From positions 47,122,001 through 47,186,000 of the forward strand of contig NC_086097.1 of assembly GCF_963921235.1 (NCBI RefSeq): a stretch of 64,000 bases of DNA. Reading direction: 5' to 3'. Both the position numbers and the translations under genes were made by a program. This document shows positions 39,751 through 51,555 of this stretch, in pieces. The notes under the pieces were generated by a model, which worked only from the letters and a program-made list of their open reading frames with translations, had not been told where the DNA came from and ran no database searches. This DNA comes from Mobula hypostoma (lineage: Eukaryota). Position 1 is the first letter of the stretch. Each line of letters opens with the position of its first letter.

Positions 39751-39795
39751 GGTCCCAACTGAACCTGAGAGAAACGGGAGATTTGAGGGCTCAAG
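39751..39795 (+). CDS. MARK3: MARK3 45-nt cassette exon (R)VPTEPERNGRFEGS(S); alternative frame (R)SQLNLRETGDLRAQ
   Basis: Pyrimidine tract, cattgag| ... |gtgaga. Resembles human MARK3 LPTEYERNGRYEGSS. Confidence 0.9.
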
Positions 39796-40237
39796 GTGAG
39801 AAGACTATATATATATCTAGCAAATTTACCACAGTGCAACAAAAAGTTGCCATTCAAAATGCATGTGCCTCAATTCATTGATAAACCTTTTAGAAATTAT
39901 TGGTATCTTTTATCAAATTGTTGAAATGTTGACTGATTTGTAAAGCATGGAAAGTTGAAATATGAATTAGAAACAAGGCTTTGACTTTAAAATTCTAAAT
40001 AGCACTGAAATCCAATGTATTAATTAAATCTAATTAAATAAGGAAATTCAATTGAATAAAAATTGCTTCTATCCAGTTGTTCAAAGGATCCTACATTGTA
40101 GTAATTTCTGGGTAGAAAGACCCATTGGCCAAGTCAATGCATAAAAAGAAATGTGCAGTTGTTAAAATGGTGTTGTTCTTATTGTAGTTGTAGCTCTAGT
40201 AGTAGTGGCAAGATGGCATAGGTGTAAAGCAAGCAGT

Positions 40238-43200
40238 TAGAGCCATAGAAAACTGCAACACAGAAACAGGCCCATCCAGTTCTTGCCAAACCGTTAATCT
40301 GCTTAGTCCTATCGACCTGCATGTGAACCATAGCCCTCCAAACCCCTCTCATATTTGTACATATCCAGATTCTTTGAAACGTTGAAATCAAAATTGCATC
40401 CACCACTTGCACTGGCAGCTCGTTCTACACTCTCACCACCCTCTGAGTGAAGTGTTTCCCTTAAACATTTCACCTTTCACCCTTAACCAATGACCTCACC
40501 CATCCTCAGTGAGCATTGTATTTACTCTGCCTATATTCTTCATAATACTGGGTACTTCTATCAAATCACCCCTCAGTCTTCTACGTTATAAGGAATAAAT
40601 TCCTAACCTATTTAACCTTTACTTCTAACTCAGGTTCATCAAACCCGGCAACATCCTTGAAAATTTTCTATGTACTCTTTCAACCTTATTTACATCTTTC
40701 CTGTAGGTAGGTGACCAAAACTGCACACTATACTCCATATTAGGCCTCACCGATGTCTTGTACAACTTCAACTTAATATTCCATCTCATATATGAAGGCC
40801 AGTATGCCAAAAGCTTTCTTTATGACCCTATCTACCTGTGGCACCACTTTCAACAAATTATGGACCTGTATTTCTAGATCCCTTTGTTCTACTGCACTTC
40901 TCAGTGCCCTACCATTCACTATTAAAGACCTACCTAGCTGGTCCTACTGAAGTGCAACACCTCGCGCTTGTCTGCGTTAAATTCCACCTACCATTTTTCA
41001 GCCCATTTTCCAGCTAATGCACATCCCACTGCAAGCTGGGATGGTCTTTCTCACGGTCTACTACACCCCCAATCTTGGAGTCATCCACAAAGTTGCTGAT
41101 CCAATTAATCACATTGTTGCCCAGATGGTTGATGTGGATGACAAACGACAACAAAACCAGCACCAATCTCTGTAGCACTCCACTACTCACAGGCTTCCAG
41201 TCAATGAGGCAACCATCTACTTCTACTCTTTGGCTTCTACTGCAAAGCCGATGTCTAATCCAATTTACTACCTCATCTTGAATGCCAAGAGACTGTACCT
41301 CTTGACTGACCTATAATGCAGGACCTTGTCAGATGCCTGGCTAAAGTCCATGTACACAATCTTTCATCAACTTTCTTGGTACCGTCCTCAAAAATGCTAT
41401 AAGGTTGGTTAGACGTGACCTGCCATGCTGACTATCCCTTATCAATCCCTGTCTATTCAAATACTCAACGTCTGGTGTCTTAGAATACCTTCCAATGACT
41501 CTCCCACTATGATGTCAGGCTCACCAGCCTATAATTGTCTGGTTTATTCTTGGAGCCTTTCTTAAACAGTAGAACATTCATCCTCCAGTACTTCACCTGT
41601 CGCTAAAGATGACATAAATATCTTTGCTAGGATCCCTACAATTTCTGTATTTGTCTTCCGCAGGGTCTAAGGGAGCACCTTGTCAGGCCTTGAAAATTTG
41701 TCCACCCTGATTTGCCTCAGGACAGCAAACACCTCCTCCTCTGTAATCTGTGTAGGGTCCATGACCTCGCTGCTGCTTTGCCTCACTTCTATAGACTTTA
41801 TGTCTGTCTCCGGAGTAAATACAGATGCAAAAAATCCATTTTAGATCTCCCCCATCTCTTTTGGCTACAAACATAGATAACCACTTTGATTTTCCAGAGG
41901 ACCAATTTTGTCCCTTGCTTTTAACATATCAGTAGAAGCCCTTAGGATTCTCCTTCACATTGTATGCTAGAGCAAACTTATGCCTTCTTTTAGCCCTCCT
42001 GATATCTTTCGTTAGTACTCTCTTGCATTTCTAATATTTCTCAAGTACCTCATTTATTCCTATCTGCTATGCACCTCCTATTCTTTTTCAAACCAGGGCC
42101 TCAATATCTCTCAAACCATGGTTCCCAAATCTGTTATCCTTGCCTTTTATTCTGACTGACAAACCTTCATACTCTCAAAATTTCACTTTTGAAGGCCTCC
42201 CACTTACCAAGTACACCTTTACAAGAAAACAGCCTGTCCCAATCCACATTTGCTAGATCCTTTCTTTTTTCTTTTTCAATCTTTGTATTAGTTTCACAAA
42301 ATATAAACATGACATAGTAGTAATACAAAGTTATTGGGAATACATTGTTATAATTAACATGAGTAGTTATAGAACTAAAAAATTGATTGACGAAACTCTC
42401 AATCATAAAGGATATCAATGAATAATACAGACCAAAGAGAAATAACTAGATCCTTTCTGATACAATCAGAATTGGCCTTTCTCCAGTTTAGAATCTCAAC
42501 CTGAGGACCAAACTTATCCTTTTCCATGATTACCTTGAAACTGATGGCATTATGATCGCTAGATGCAAAGTGTTCTTCTCGACAAACTTCTGTCGCCTGC
42601 CCTGTCTTATTCCGTACTAGGAGCTCTAGTATTGCACACTCTGTCATTGGGGCTTTTATGTACTGATTAAGGAAACTTTCCTGAATGAATTTGCCTAACT
42701 CTTAACCCATTGGGTTCTTTTGCAGTATGTGGAAAGTTAAAATTATCTATAGCCCCATTAATGTGGTCGTATCTTTTTTATTCCTCAGTTCCACCCATTA
42801 AGCCTCACTATAGACAAGTATTCCAGTCTGTCCTGACCGAGCATTGCTGTGACGTTTTCCCTGACTAGTAATGCCACCTCTCCTTTCCTAATCCCTCCCT
42901 CTCTATCATGTCTAACACAATGGAACCACAGAACACTGAGCTGCCAGTCCTGCCCCTCCTGCAACCAAGTCTCACTAATGGCCACAATATCATATTTCTT
43001 TGTGTTGATCCATGCCCTGAGCCCATCTGCCTTTTCTACAATACTTCGTGCATTGAACTATATGCAGCTCAGAACATTAGTGCCCCCATGCTCAACCTTC
43101 AGCTTTTTGCTTCTGAACTTTGTCTGAGGTCTTATCAACACCTGTCTCCACAATCACTCTACTATCAGTTCTGGCATTCTGCTTCCCAGCCCCCTGTAAT

Positions 43201-43290
43201 GTTAGTTTAACCTCCCTTCTCCCCCCTCCCCACCATGCAGTATTAGCAAACCTTCCCATTAGAAAATTAGTTCTCCTCTAGTTTAGTGCA
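40238..43290 (-). mobile_element. Long decayed CR1 LINE ORF2
   Basis: AISETWLQEGQDWQL, FASSDHNAISFKV and LYKTSVRPNMEYSVQFWSP; CR1 3' end near 40245. Confidence 0.88.
42266..42445 (-). mobile_element. 180-bp L1/Tx1-like 3' end nested in CR1
   Basis: Minus-strand end ...AATACAAAGATTGAAAAAGAAAAA; 13-bp TSD CTAGATCCTTTCT at 42253-42265 and 42446-42458. Confidence 0.7.
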
Positions 43291-43341
43291 GACTAGTATG
43301 TCCTAACAATACAAGATGGTGCACGCGTGTAAAACAAACAA

Positions 43342-43346
<5 letters not shown>

Positions 43347-43411
<65 letters not shown>

Positions 43412-43627
43412 TCACTCTCTCACTCTCTCACTCTCTCACTCTCTCACTCTCTCACTCTCTCACTCTCTCTCTCTCTCACTCTCTCACTCTCTCACTCTCT
43501 CACTCTCTCACTCTCTCACTCTCTCACTCTCTCACTCTCTCACTCTCTCACTCTCTCACTCTCTCACTCTCTCACTCTCTCACTCTCTCACTCTCTCACT
43601 CTCTCACTCTCTCACTCTCTCACTCTC

Positions 43628-43685
<58 letters not shown>

Positions 43686-43735
43686 ACTCTCACTCTCTCT
43701 CACTCTCTCTCTCTCACTCTCACTCTCTCTCTCTC
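43347..43735. repeat. Compound microsatellite (CT)n-(CACTCTCT)n-(CT)n
   Basis: Read directly. Confidence 0.97.
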
Positions 43736-43759
43736 CACCCCTTAGTGATGTATATATGC

Positions 43760-44222
43760 CACCACCTTGAAGCATTGCCTGTGGAAGATGTCCTTGATGG
43801 TGGCCAGAGTTGTGCTTGTGATGGAGCTGGCTGAATCTGCAACCTTCTGTGCTTTGGAGCCTCCATACTAGGCTATGATGCTCACCAGCACACATTTATA
43901 GAAATTTGCAAGAGTGTTTGCAAATCTCCTCAAATGCCTGATGAAGTACAGCCACTGGCATACCTTTTTCATGGTTACGTTAATGTATTGGGCACAGGAT
44001 CAAGCCACCGAAATGATGATACCTAGGAACTTGAAGCTGCTCACCCTTTCCACAATTGATCCAACAATGAAGACTGGTGTGTGCGTTCCCCCAACCTCCC
44101 CCTCCTGAAGTCTGCAGTCAATCCTTTGCCTTGCTAATGCTGAGTGTGACATTAAGCGGCAATGCCACTCGACCAGCCAAACTATCTCACCCATGTACAA
44201 CTCCTTGTTACTATCTGAGATT
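43760..44222 (-). mobile_element. Rex-type LINE fragment
   Basis: VERVSSFKFLGIIIS. Confidence 0.75.
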
Positions 44223-45829
44223 TACATCTGAGAAATATAAGCAGAATCTTGGCACTGGAAGTCTAGAGATTTGCTAATTTTGTATAGCAGACATCCTAGC
44301 AGCTAAACAGATGTTCCTTGCTCCACAGCAATGCCAATTTAAAAAAAAACAGCGGTCCTGGTTCAACTAAAGAATTTGAAGGGGTAAATATACCACACAT
44401 TTGAAAGTCTTTGAAATTGGCTCATTTAATTCAGCAAACTGAAATACAAATTTAGATCCGCCTTCTGTAAATACCACCTACAGTTCAAATCTAATAACTG
44501 CATACTTGACCAATGTTGCCCTCCAAATAGGTTCTTTGGTGATCAATTCTTTCCCTGCATTGACTGTGTACTGGGTAAATGTAAAGAGGATATTTCCCTT
44601 TGAGGAATACACAACTAGATATTGCTGTCTCAATAAAAGGGGTAGGCCATATAACTAACATATGGAAATTGAGAGATGTGGGGATAGGGCAGGAAAATAA
44701 TTTTGAGGTGGAAGTTTGGCTATGACCTTGTTGAATGATAGAACATTCCTAGGGAGCCTGCTCCTGTATCTTGTGTTTGAACCCAGTTAAACAATTTCAG
44801 GGTTGAAGAATGTGCTATTGAGTTTCTCTGTATTGCAGATACCTAATGAAATAAGTTATTTTCGAAATCAAATTGTGATTAATTTTTTAAAAATTAATCC
44901 TAGTTTCTGTGGTGTTTGAATCTCATTAATACAAAGTTTTAATTAAACTTAACCTACTTGTGGAAACCTGGAAGTGCTTTTGTGATTGGTTACCAAGTAT
45001 TGACTCCATAGCTCCACCTTATGGACAGAAAAGAATAAACAACTGAGCCTCAGTTCAACACCTGTTTTACCTTAACATTTTCTCTATATAGGTTGAAACA
45101 TTTTTTTAAATCTTTCTAAATCATAAAGATATAAGTTTGAATATTGTAATGCAAAGCTTCATTTTATTTATTATATGTACAAATGTAAGACTTAGAATTT
45201 CGTTGTACATTTTCAAGACTCATGCACTTGTTTACAGTTGCAATTTGATATGCACTATAATACGTTCTCTCTTAAGGGAACCCTGTGCTTTTATGATTCC
45301 ATAGAGTTCAATTTCTTGGATAACTCAGTTGTAATGAGATGAGATGCATGTAGTGCTCATGTTCCTTCAAACAAAACAAACTGTATTAAATTTTAAATGT
45401 GTCCAGGGATCTAGCAGAATCTGACATATGTTTCAACTTCCTGCTGAGAGAGACTGGAGATGCACTTGGTGATGTATAAAGTTGTACAAGTAATGTGAAG
45501 CTCCCAGCTGGGAATGATTTGAGCAACTTTTTTTTTCTGCTTGTGAATTGGGTCATTGATTCCAGATTTACTGCTCTATTGACATTGAGTTACAGATGTA
45601 GCAGCTCAAAAATAATTTTATGAATTAAGATAATAACACTACTATTAAATTAATTCCTGCAACATTTTCATAGTTTTAGAAATGAGAAAAAGCTGCAAAA
45701 CCAACTCCAGCTTTCCATTTTTATTGACAAATTTAGATTATTTATAAAAATGAAAGGAAAAATCAGGTGCAACACAATATAGATTTGTATTCTAATGACT
45801 TGTTTTCCATTTTTTTTTGTTTTCTGCAG

Positions 45830-46175
45830 TCGTAATGTATCTGGGGATCAAAAAGATGAAATCAAAGAAGCAAAACCTCGTTCACTTAGGTTTACCTGGA
45901 GTATGAAAACGACCAGTTCCATGGATCCCAGTGACATGATGAGGGAGATCAGAAAGGTTCTTGATGCAAATAATTGTGATTATGAACAGCGTGAACGGTT
46001 CTTGCTCTTCTGTGTTCACGGCGATGGACATGCAGAAAATCTTGTCCAGTGGGAGATGGAGGTTTGCAAGCTGCCGAGACTGTCACTTAATGGAGTTCGA
46101 TTTAAGCGAATATCAGGAACATCCATAGCTTTCAAAAACATTGCTTCCAAAATTGCCAATGAATTAAGGCTGTAA
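45830..46175 (+). CDS. MARK3: MARK3 terminal coding exon, KA1 domain
   Basis: ttctgcag| then [114 protein letters not shown]. The VHGDGHAEN motif is MARK3-type. Confidence 0.97.
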
Positions 46176-47302
46176 AATATGGTTAAGCTATAATTTCTTA
46201 AATAACATTTCATGAGTGTTTTTTTTCTGAACACTGGTGGAAATTTACTGAAGAAAATGTATAGGATAATGCTTGCGCAATAACTCTGTAACTTCAGATC
46301 ATGGTATTATAAGACAGTGGAAATTCTCATGGGTGGGATTGGGGGCGGGGGAGTAAATAAGTTTTTGTTTTAAGAAGTGCACTACAGCATATAGTATCCT
46401 TCTATCTGAACAGTTTGCCCCTTCATCTCGGTTACTTAAAATGTTTGTTTGTTATTAGAGATGTAACCCGTGAAACAAACTGATATGATTCCTGTATTTG
46501 AAAAAAGATGGAGGGGAAAAAATCCAGCTGAAATACAATTGAACGTGGGACATGGAGATACTCATGTGTTTTCAATCCTGCATGCCTTCCCCCACTGGTA
46601 CTGATTCAGGTGCTTAGCTTTTCAATGGTAATGAATTATAAGGAGAAAAAGCTCATTTTTCATCGGCTGTGTTTAATGACCTTCAGAGAGTTGAGGTGTA
46701 CCTAGTATTTTCATAAAGCAATATATTACAAAATGAGCAAGTTCTGCAAATGGAAAAAATTGCTGGTGTATTTAGACCTATTAATGATATTAATTACCTG
46801 TGTTAAACCAGGAGTGCTGTGATTTGGAAATGACTTAAGTACTGTAGATCACAGATGCTAAATCACACTTAGGGTTTCTCTACTGTAGAAAATATTACCA
46901 TCTGAGACTGGTTCCATGATCAATTAGGGCATCGATTATTTGGTTATTATTTTGTTTTATTTTCAACAAAGTTTAGATTGGAAACAGTTTTGTTCTGCCA
47001 TTCTATATTTAGCTGTAATTATTGTTAATATTGAAGATGATCGGTCCTCCACAAATACTAGCTCAGTAAAAATGTTTGAGTTTGTAATTTAAAAGTTGGG
47101 CACTATGGGACAATATTCACTTAAGTATGCATTTTGTTTTCCTTTTCAGCTGTCAGCACTGTCTTTGGAATGTAAATAATGTAACTTAGTTTTGCAGACA
47201 GCATATTTCATTTTCCATTTTTTTAATGTTCTGTAATGAGCCAGGAGTTATGAAATCAATGTAAGTTGTCAGCATTTAAGATTCACTGATTTCTTCATTA
47301 AA
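46176..47302 (+). other. Probable MARK3 3' UTR (end uncertain)
   Basis: Repeat-free AU-rich sequence after the stop. Candidate ATTAAA signals at 47297-47302 and 47963-47968. Confidence 0.4.
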
Positions 47303-48505
47303 GGAACAAAATGAAAATGTATATCTGCACTGTCACATGAATTAATAACTGAAAATGTATGTACAGAACTATGTAATTGTTTTGTCAGTGAATTAGGTGT
47401 ATTTATTTAGTTTTCATTTTACAGAAGTTCTGTAGAGAAAAGTAAGTTGCTGACTACTGTACAGTACTACCAGGAAAGCTTGTTATAGGAAAAGACATAA
47501 ATGCAAGTTGGTGAACTGGATGTTCCAACCTTTTTGCAAATGTTTTCACTCGTTTTGGAAATCTTTGTATACTGTTCTAGACATCCAGCAGCAGGAAGTA
47601 CACAGTACTTTTCACCATATTTTAGTAATGTGACCCCATTTCTCTGGGTGCGCCATGTACCTGTCATGGAGTTTCTATCCCTGTCATGATTTTTACTTTC
47701 TGTAGAAAGGAATTTGGTCACTTTTAGCCTCTCAACTAAAATCATTGCATGTGATGGTTATGATAATTTGGATAAATACTCACGATTTAAAAGTGCAGCA
47801 GCTGAAATGAGCGTTAAAAGACCGAAGAGTTTACTTGATTACCAGAAGCCATATCCACTTCTCCATCGTCTTCACTTAAAGTGTTAGCTTTTTACTTGTA
47901 ATCAAAGTCTTCATTTTCCTTGGCAAATGAGAATGAAGCAAATAATAACCAGAACAAATTTAATTAAATACCAATACCTTACATTTGTCTAGGTAGGCAA
48001 GTAGACATTGAAATTAGAGGATGGGCTTATCAATGTGTCTACATCTGATTTCCACTATATAACCAGTGATATCTAAGGAAAGGTTCCTCTAGGAAATAAT
48101 ATCTTAATCCTGACTTTTCAAGTCTACAATTTAACAAAGTTTATTATTTAGCTTTTGAAAGCAGCAAATGTTGTAAACACTCAGTGGTTCAGGCGGCATC
48201 TGTGAAGCAAGAAATCAAGTTAATGTTTTTGGTCCAGGTGCCTTTGTCAAAGTGGTAAAAGAAAAATAGCGATAGGATAGGAGAGAGGTGGATAGAAGAA
48301 GGGGAATATCTCTGAAAAGCAGAGTCTAAGTTGGTTAACTTGGCAGTTAGAAACACATTATGTTTCTGACTGTGTAAGTGTTGCTAATGGTTGGGATGTG
48401 GGACATAACCTGCACTGCCTGGCTATATTAGTGGTGAGAGAAAAGTGAGTCAAAATTCACAAATAGATGACTGGGCAGTTCTGATACGGAAAGAAAAAAC
48501 TTATA

Positions 48506-48989
48506 TAGTACTGTGCAAAAGCCTTAGGCACAAATATATAGTCAGACTTTTGCACAGTACTGTAGTAATTTTATGTATTGCACTGTACTGCTGGCCACAA
48601 AAAATACATTTTATGATATATGTGAGTGATAGTAAACCTAATTCTGTTATGGTTCTCAATTATGGATCGAGATTGGGAAGGGGGTAGGGAGATGAGAATC
48701 ATAGTTGGGAAAGGGGGAAGGGAGAGGGGAGGGAGTGGAAAACACCAGAGAGACTTTCTATAATGATCAGTAAACCAATTGTTTGGGATCAGATGACCTT
48801 ACCCAGTGTCTCAGGGCTGGGAGTGTCTGCATCTGTGCCACCGCCCACCCCCTCCACCCTCACCATTCCCAGCATTTTTTGTCCCCACCAGGTTTACAAA
48901 CTTGCTCTCTACCCCACGTTGACAAATACAGTGCTGCGCAAACGTTTCAGGCACCCTAGCTATATATCTAAGTGTTTCGCACAATACTG
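48506..48989. mobile_element. Two ~60-bp Tc1-type MITEs (48506-48562 and 48929-48989) enclosing a LINE-tail fragment
   Basis: Each unit is TA|(C)AGTRCTGYGCAAA...TTYGCACARTACTG|TA. Confidence 0.65.
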
Positions 48990-49094
48990 TAGTTGGATAG
49001 TTTAATGTTAAGGCTGGCCATCCTGCACATCTGTTCACTGTGGTAGAGGGGAAGTCACGGTTCACGAAAAAGGAATGAACTATAGAGGGACCTA

Positions 49095-50349
49095 CAATTG
49101 CATGAAAAAGTTTGTGAACCCTTTGCAATACATGGTTTTCTGTATTAATTACTCATAAAATGTCTGATCTTCATCAGTAATAGACAAAGACAATCTGCCT
49201 AAACTAATAACACAAACAATTGTACTTTTTCCTCATCAATTCTGAGTATACAATTTAAATAATCATAGTCTAGGTTCAAAAAAGTAAGTGAACTTCTGGG
49301 CTAATAACTTCTGCAAAAGTTATTTGAAGTCAGGTGTTCCAATCAATGAATGCTGAAGGAGGAGATAAAGAATCCAAGGGTAACAGCAAAAGACCCACAG
49401 AAGTCTCCAGAACTTGCTAAATTCTCTGTTCATGTGTCCATTATAAGAAAAACACTGAACAAGAAAGATGTTCATGGAAGGACATCACGGAGGAAACCAC
49501 TGCTGTCCAAAAACAAAACATTGCTGTAAGTCTCAAGTTTGCAAAAGACTACCGGGATGTTCCACAATGCTTCTGGGACAATATTCTGTGGACAGATGAG
49601 TTGAACTTTTTGGTAGAATTGCACACCACAATGCTTGGAGGAAAAAGAGCAAACTAACACCAAAACCTCATCCCAACTGTGAAGCATGGTGGAAGGAGTG
49701 TCATGGTTTGGTGCTGCTTTGCTGCCTCAGGGCCTGGACAGCTTGCAATCATTGAGGGAACAATGAATTCAAAATTGCTATCAAGACATTTTACAGGAGA
49801 TTGTCAGAGGAGTGCTCTGTCACCCGAAGCTTAATAGAAGTTGGATAGTGCAACAGGACAACGATCTGAAATACAGGATTAAATCAGTAAACAGAAAATT
49901 TAAAAAGAAGAAAATTCATGTTTTCAAATGGTCGTCAGAGTCCAGACTTTAACCGAATTAAGATGCTGTGGCATGGCCTGAAGCAGGCTGTTCATGCAAG
50001 GTATCCCAGAAATATTGATGAACTGAAACAGTTTTGTATGAAGGAATGGTCTAAAACTCCTCCCTGCTATTATGCAAGTCTGATCAGCAGCCACAGGAAA
50101 CATTTGTTGGGAGGTTTTCGCTGCTGAAAGAACAAGTGTTCACAAACCTTTTCCAGCCTGGACTGTGAATGTTTAAACAATGTGTTCAATAAAGACATGA
50201 GAAGTGCAATTGTTTGTGTGTTATTGGTTTAGGCAGATTGTGTTTGTATATTATTGTGACTTAGATAAAGATCAGACCACATTTTATGAGAAATTAAATA
50301 TAGAAAATCAGATAACTGCAAAGGGTTCACAAACTTTTTCTTGCAACTG
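49095..50349 (+). mobile_element. Tc1-like transposon, internally deleted
   Basis: TA|CAATTGCATGAAAAAGTTTGTGAACCC ... GGGTTCACAAACTTTTTCTTGCAACTG|TA; TVKHGG and QSPDFNRIKMLW remnants. Confidence 0.9.
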
Positions 50350-51281
50350 TATGTTATATTAGTTGTACACTTTTGTTAGTAATATATCTAACCTAACTTG
50401 ATAGGTAACCCTTAGCTAGCCCCAGTGTTCCTTGGCAAAACAATGTCACAAGTATTTTACCATTTCCAAAACATTTGCCCCATTTCATAAAAATACATAA
50501 TTCTGAAGAGCATCTTAAGTAGCAACACAAAAAGTTGAAACAAGTGTGATAAAATTAGTAATAGCTTTTAAAATATACACTCTGGCTTATTTTGTGGTAT
50601 GGATCCTTTGGTGAAACATGCAACTAAAATTCTCAGTAGCAAGTTACATCTACGCATTCCAATTTTTTTTATTTGAAACCGGGATGAGTTTCCAGTTAGC
50701 CTTTTGTGTGCCTGATTTAAAGTTCTTTTTAATACCTACAGAGAAATATTTGATGGGCTGCATTGTAAATAACTAAAATTAACTGGAAATTAGAGATATG
50801 CAGCTGAAGGAGAAAATGTGTGTGCCCATTTTCTTTATCTTCGTTAGTTCTGAATACAGAATGCAAGTTTTACTGTTGGTGGAAAAACAGTGAATTTTTA
50901 AAAAAAATTTTTTTTCCCTTACTGAAAACCTCTTTCCACAGATATCCTTCCATTTGAACCTTTGAGTTACCATCCAGTTTTTTTTGCTTGTTTAATATTG
51001 TTACCTTTTAAACTTCAATTGTTTTGTTGTTCTGGTTGTGAAACAGAAGTTCATGTTTCAACTGTGGGCTCTCCCATATAAGAACTCATGGTGTTAGGCA
51101 AAATAACTTGGATAAAGATTAGCTGAAAAATCTGAGTCAGGGTCAATGGATAGTATTGGCATGCTGTTTGAAATGGGTTATCACAGAGATCAGTGCTACA
51201 ACCTCAAATAGTTACGATCTATTTTAATGACAGATAAGGGAGATACGTGATTCTTACCAAATTTGCTGCTAATAGAAGGAT

Positions 51282-51555
51282 GATTATTTATTTATTGGGA
51301 TACAGTACAGAATAAGCCATTGCAGCCTTTCAGGCCACGCTGTCCAGCAATCTCCCAATTTAACCCCAGCCTAATCACAGGACAATTTACAATGACCAAT
51401 TAACCTACCAACCGATACATCTTTGGACTGTGGGAGGAAACCGGGGCACCCGGAAGAAACCTGTTGGTCAAAGAGAGGACATCCAAACTCCTTGCAAGTG
51501 GCGGGGGGGGGAGGGGATTGACCCTGGGTCCTCTGTACTACGCTACAGTGCCACC
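51282..51555 (-). mobile_element. V-SINE/HE1-like SINE within a decayed CR1 (~51090-52040, +)
   Basis: Same family as 1416-1705. Confidence 0.75.

Noticed and set aside
43316..43895. 172-aa SL/SH-repeat ORF and the antisense ER-repeat ORF
   Set aside because: Both are translations of the CT/CACTCTCT microsatellite.
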